Shown here one piece after another: positions 62,432 to 64,000 of a stretch of DNA of 64,000 nucleotides. Where the stretch lies: NCBI GenBank assembly GCA_963835065.1, contig CAWIEK010000060.1:96001-160000 (forward strand). The letters run 5' to 3'. The DNA comes from an uncultured Chthonomonadaceae bacterium. GTDB taxonomy: Bacteria > Armatimonadota > Chthonomonadetes > Chthonomonadales > Chthonomonadaceae. Numbering within the stretch: position 1 is the stretch's first letter; every line of letters starts with the position of its first letter. The notes below the pieces were generated by a model. That model was given only the letters and a program-made list of their open reading frames with translations, ran no database searches and had not been told where the DNA came from. A program made the position numbers and the translations under genes.

Positions 62432-64000
62432 ATGACCACGAAATCCTGGTGGGCACAGACGGTACACAACAAACTCATTGCTTTAATTCTGGCAATGGTC
62501 GTTCTTGTGCCGTTGGTTGCCACTCCTGCCGGCAATGCCACGCGCGGCCTGGCCGCTCTCACCTTCGAGGGCCTGGGCGTCGCGCTGCTGGCAACGCTGC
62601 TGTGGCGCACCGATTGGAATATCAATCGCGCCAAAATCAAAGAGTTTTTCACAACGGGCGCAAACCTGCCCATTGTGCTGTTCCTGGGACTGGCAATCGC
62701 GTCATGCGTGATGTCCACCCACAAACAGTACAGCGAACAGGAACTGCTGCGCGTTGGAACCGGCATCCTGCTGTATTTCGCCGTCGCGTATGAGTTTCGC
62801 CGCTCGGAACAGCTTGCCCGCCTGGTAGACGCGCTGGTGGCTGTTACCATCGTCGTGTCGGTGATTGGCTTCGCGCAGTACGCAAGCAGCCATTCGTTTC
62901 ACAACATGGGCGTGTTCGGCGACCATCAGTTGTTCGGCTCGTTTCTGATGATTTTGCTGCCCATCGTGGGCATCATGGCGGTGAGCGAAAAGAATCCCAA
63001 CCGCCAGCTTGTGGCGCAGATCGCGACGGTTATGGCCGCGACCTGCCTGCTGCTGTCGCAGGCGCGCAGCGCGTGGATCGGCGCGGCGGCGGGCATGCTG
63101 CTGCTTGGCATTGTCGCCAGCGTCATGGCATGGAAAGATAAAAGTTCGCGGCACAACAGGCATCTGGTGGTTCTGCCTGCCCTGCTGCTCGTGATCGCGG
63201 TCGGCTTTTTCCTGCTGATCTTCCCGCAAACCAGCGCCCTTGTCGGACGCGCTACTACGCTGCAAAGCGCCAGCGCGGTGGATACGTGGAAAATCCGCCA
63301 GCATACGTGGGCCGGCGTGGATAAAATGATTCGGGAACGCCCGCTTACGGGCTTCGGGCTGGGCCTGTATCCCTACTACCAGAAAGAATATACCCACGAT
63401 GGCATGCCCCTAGCGCGCATGGGCGGCGCTCCTTCGCTTGGCGAACAGGCGCATAACACCTATCTGCAAACCGCCGCCGAATTGGGTCTGCCCGGCCTGC
63501 TGCTGATGGTGGCGACGCTGGCAGTGTTTTTAGTCACGGGCTTTCGGCGGATCGGGCAATTGGAGCCGGGTACGCGCCGCAGCCTGCTGATGGGGTCGCT
63601 GGCCGCTGTAGTGGCGTTTGCCGTAGATGCGTTTGCCAGTCCCTCGTGGCAATGCGGGCAGATATCCATGTTCTTCTGGCTGACGATGGGCATTGGCGTT
63701 GCCAGTATGCGCCCGCAGGCCCGTCCGCGCAAGGAACTGACAGCGGGAGTCAACATCGCCGCCCTCAAAACGCGCTCCGTGCAGTCGGAACCTGAAGCCG
63801 CGCCTCCCGTGTGGCTGCCGCGCTTCGCCCGCCCCGCCGGCGTACTGGCCGCGCTGACGCTGATTTTGCTGCTGCCGACGTTTGCGTTCGCGGTCGGCGA
63901 TCTGTACGCCACGCCCGTCAGCATCGAGATACTGCCTGCCAACAGCTCGATTCGCGGCGGCGGTACGCAGATTTTCACGGTCTTCGTCACCTACAGCGAC
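62432..64000 (+). CDS. O-antigen ligase/Wzy_C-family protein with C-terminal Ig-like domain, copy 2 (runs off the window)
   Basis: Absent from the ORF track because there is no stop codon. MTTKSWWAQTVHNKL... aligns with ligase 1; DHQLFGSFLM; RSAWIG; AHNTYLQTAAELG; AAAGGA RBS. Confidence 0.9.
   Translation, partial: MTTKSWWAQTVHNKLIALILAMVVLVPLVATPAGNATRGLAALTFEGLGVALLATLLWRTDWNINRAKIKEFFTTGANLPIVLFLGLAIASCVMSTHKQYSEQELLRVGTGILLYFAVAYEFRRSEQLARLVDALVAVTIVVSVIGFAQYASSHSFHNMGVFGDHQLFGSFLMILLPIVGIMAVSEKNPNRQLVAQIATVMAATCLLLSQARSAWIGAAAGMLLLGIVASVMAWKDKSSRHNRHLVVLPALLLVIAVGFFLLIFPQTSALVGRATTLQSASAVDTWKIRQHTWAGVDKMIRERPLTGFGLGLYPYYQKEYTHDGMPLARMGGAPSLGEQAHNTYLQTAAELGLPGLLLMVATLAVFLVTGFRRIGQLEPGTRRSLLMGSLAAVVAFAVDAFASPSWQCGQISMFFWLTMGIGVASMRPQARPRKELTAGVNIAALKTRSVQSEPEAAPPVWLPRFARPAGVLAALTLILLLPTFAFAVGDLYATPVSIEILPANSSIRGGGTQIFTVFVTYSD

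Overview
Bacterial DNA of mostly high GC, probably Armatimonadota. This is inferred from the [17 protein letters not shown] prepilin/H-X9-DG gene, PEP-CTERM/exosortase, a DUF1592/DUF1552 pair and heptamer/octamer inverted repeats. 1-20 kb is accessory and housekeeping DNA: the end of a WD40-repeat gene next to a class III nucleotide cyclase-TIR-STAND(AAA_35) fusion, truncated TA/nuclease fragments, a SWIM protein, hemC, an oxidoreductase operon, a cytochrome c/PA14 DUF1592-DUF1552 pair, small orphan genes between REP-like elements, and an NHL PEP-CTERM protein. 20.3-64 kb is a large surface-glycan/PEP-CTERM locus. Two paralogous wzc-wza-'ligase' modules bracket wzm/wzt, many glycosyltransferases, three FkbM methyltransferases, two acyltransferases, a DesI-like aminotransferase, a PP2C phosphatase, a PEP-CTERM protein, exosortase, EpsI and a PPIase. 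The main unexplained signal is a tandem RNA-hairpin motif (apical ATGYGYRAGGCA, covarying stems, 47-nt spacing) in the leader of both ligase paralogues. Both ligases also end in a signal-peptide-like helix followed by an Ig-like domain. Many single-base frameshifts suggest long-read assembly errors. All calls come from reading the sequence by eye; no searches were run.
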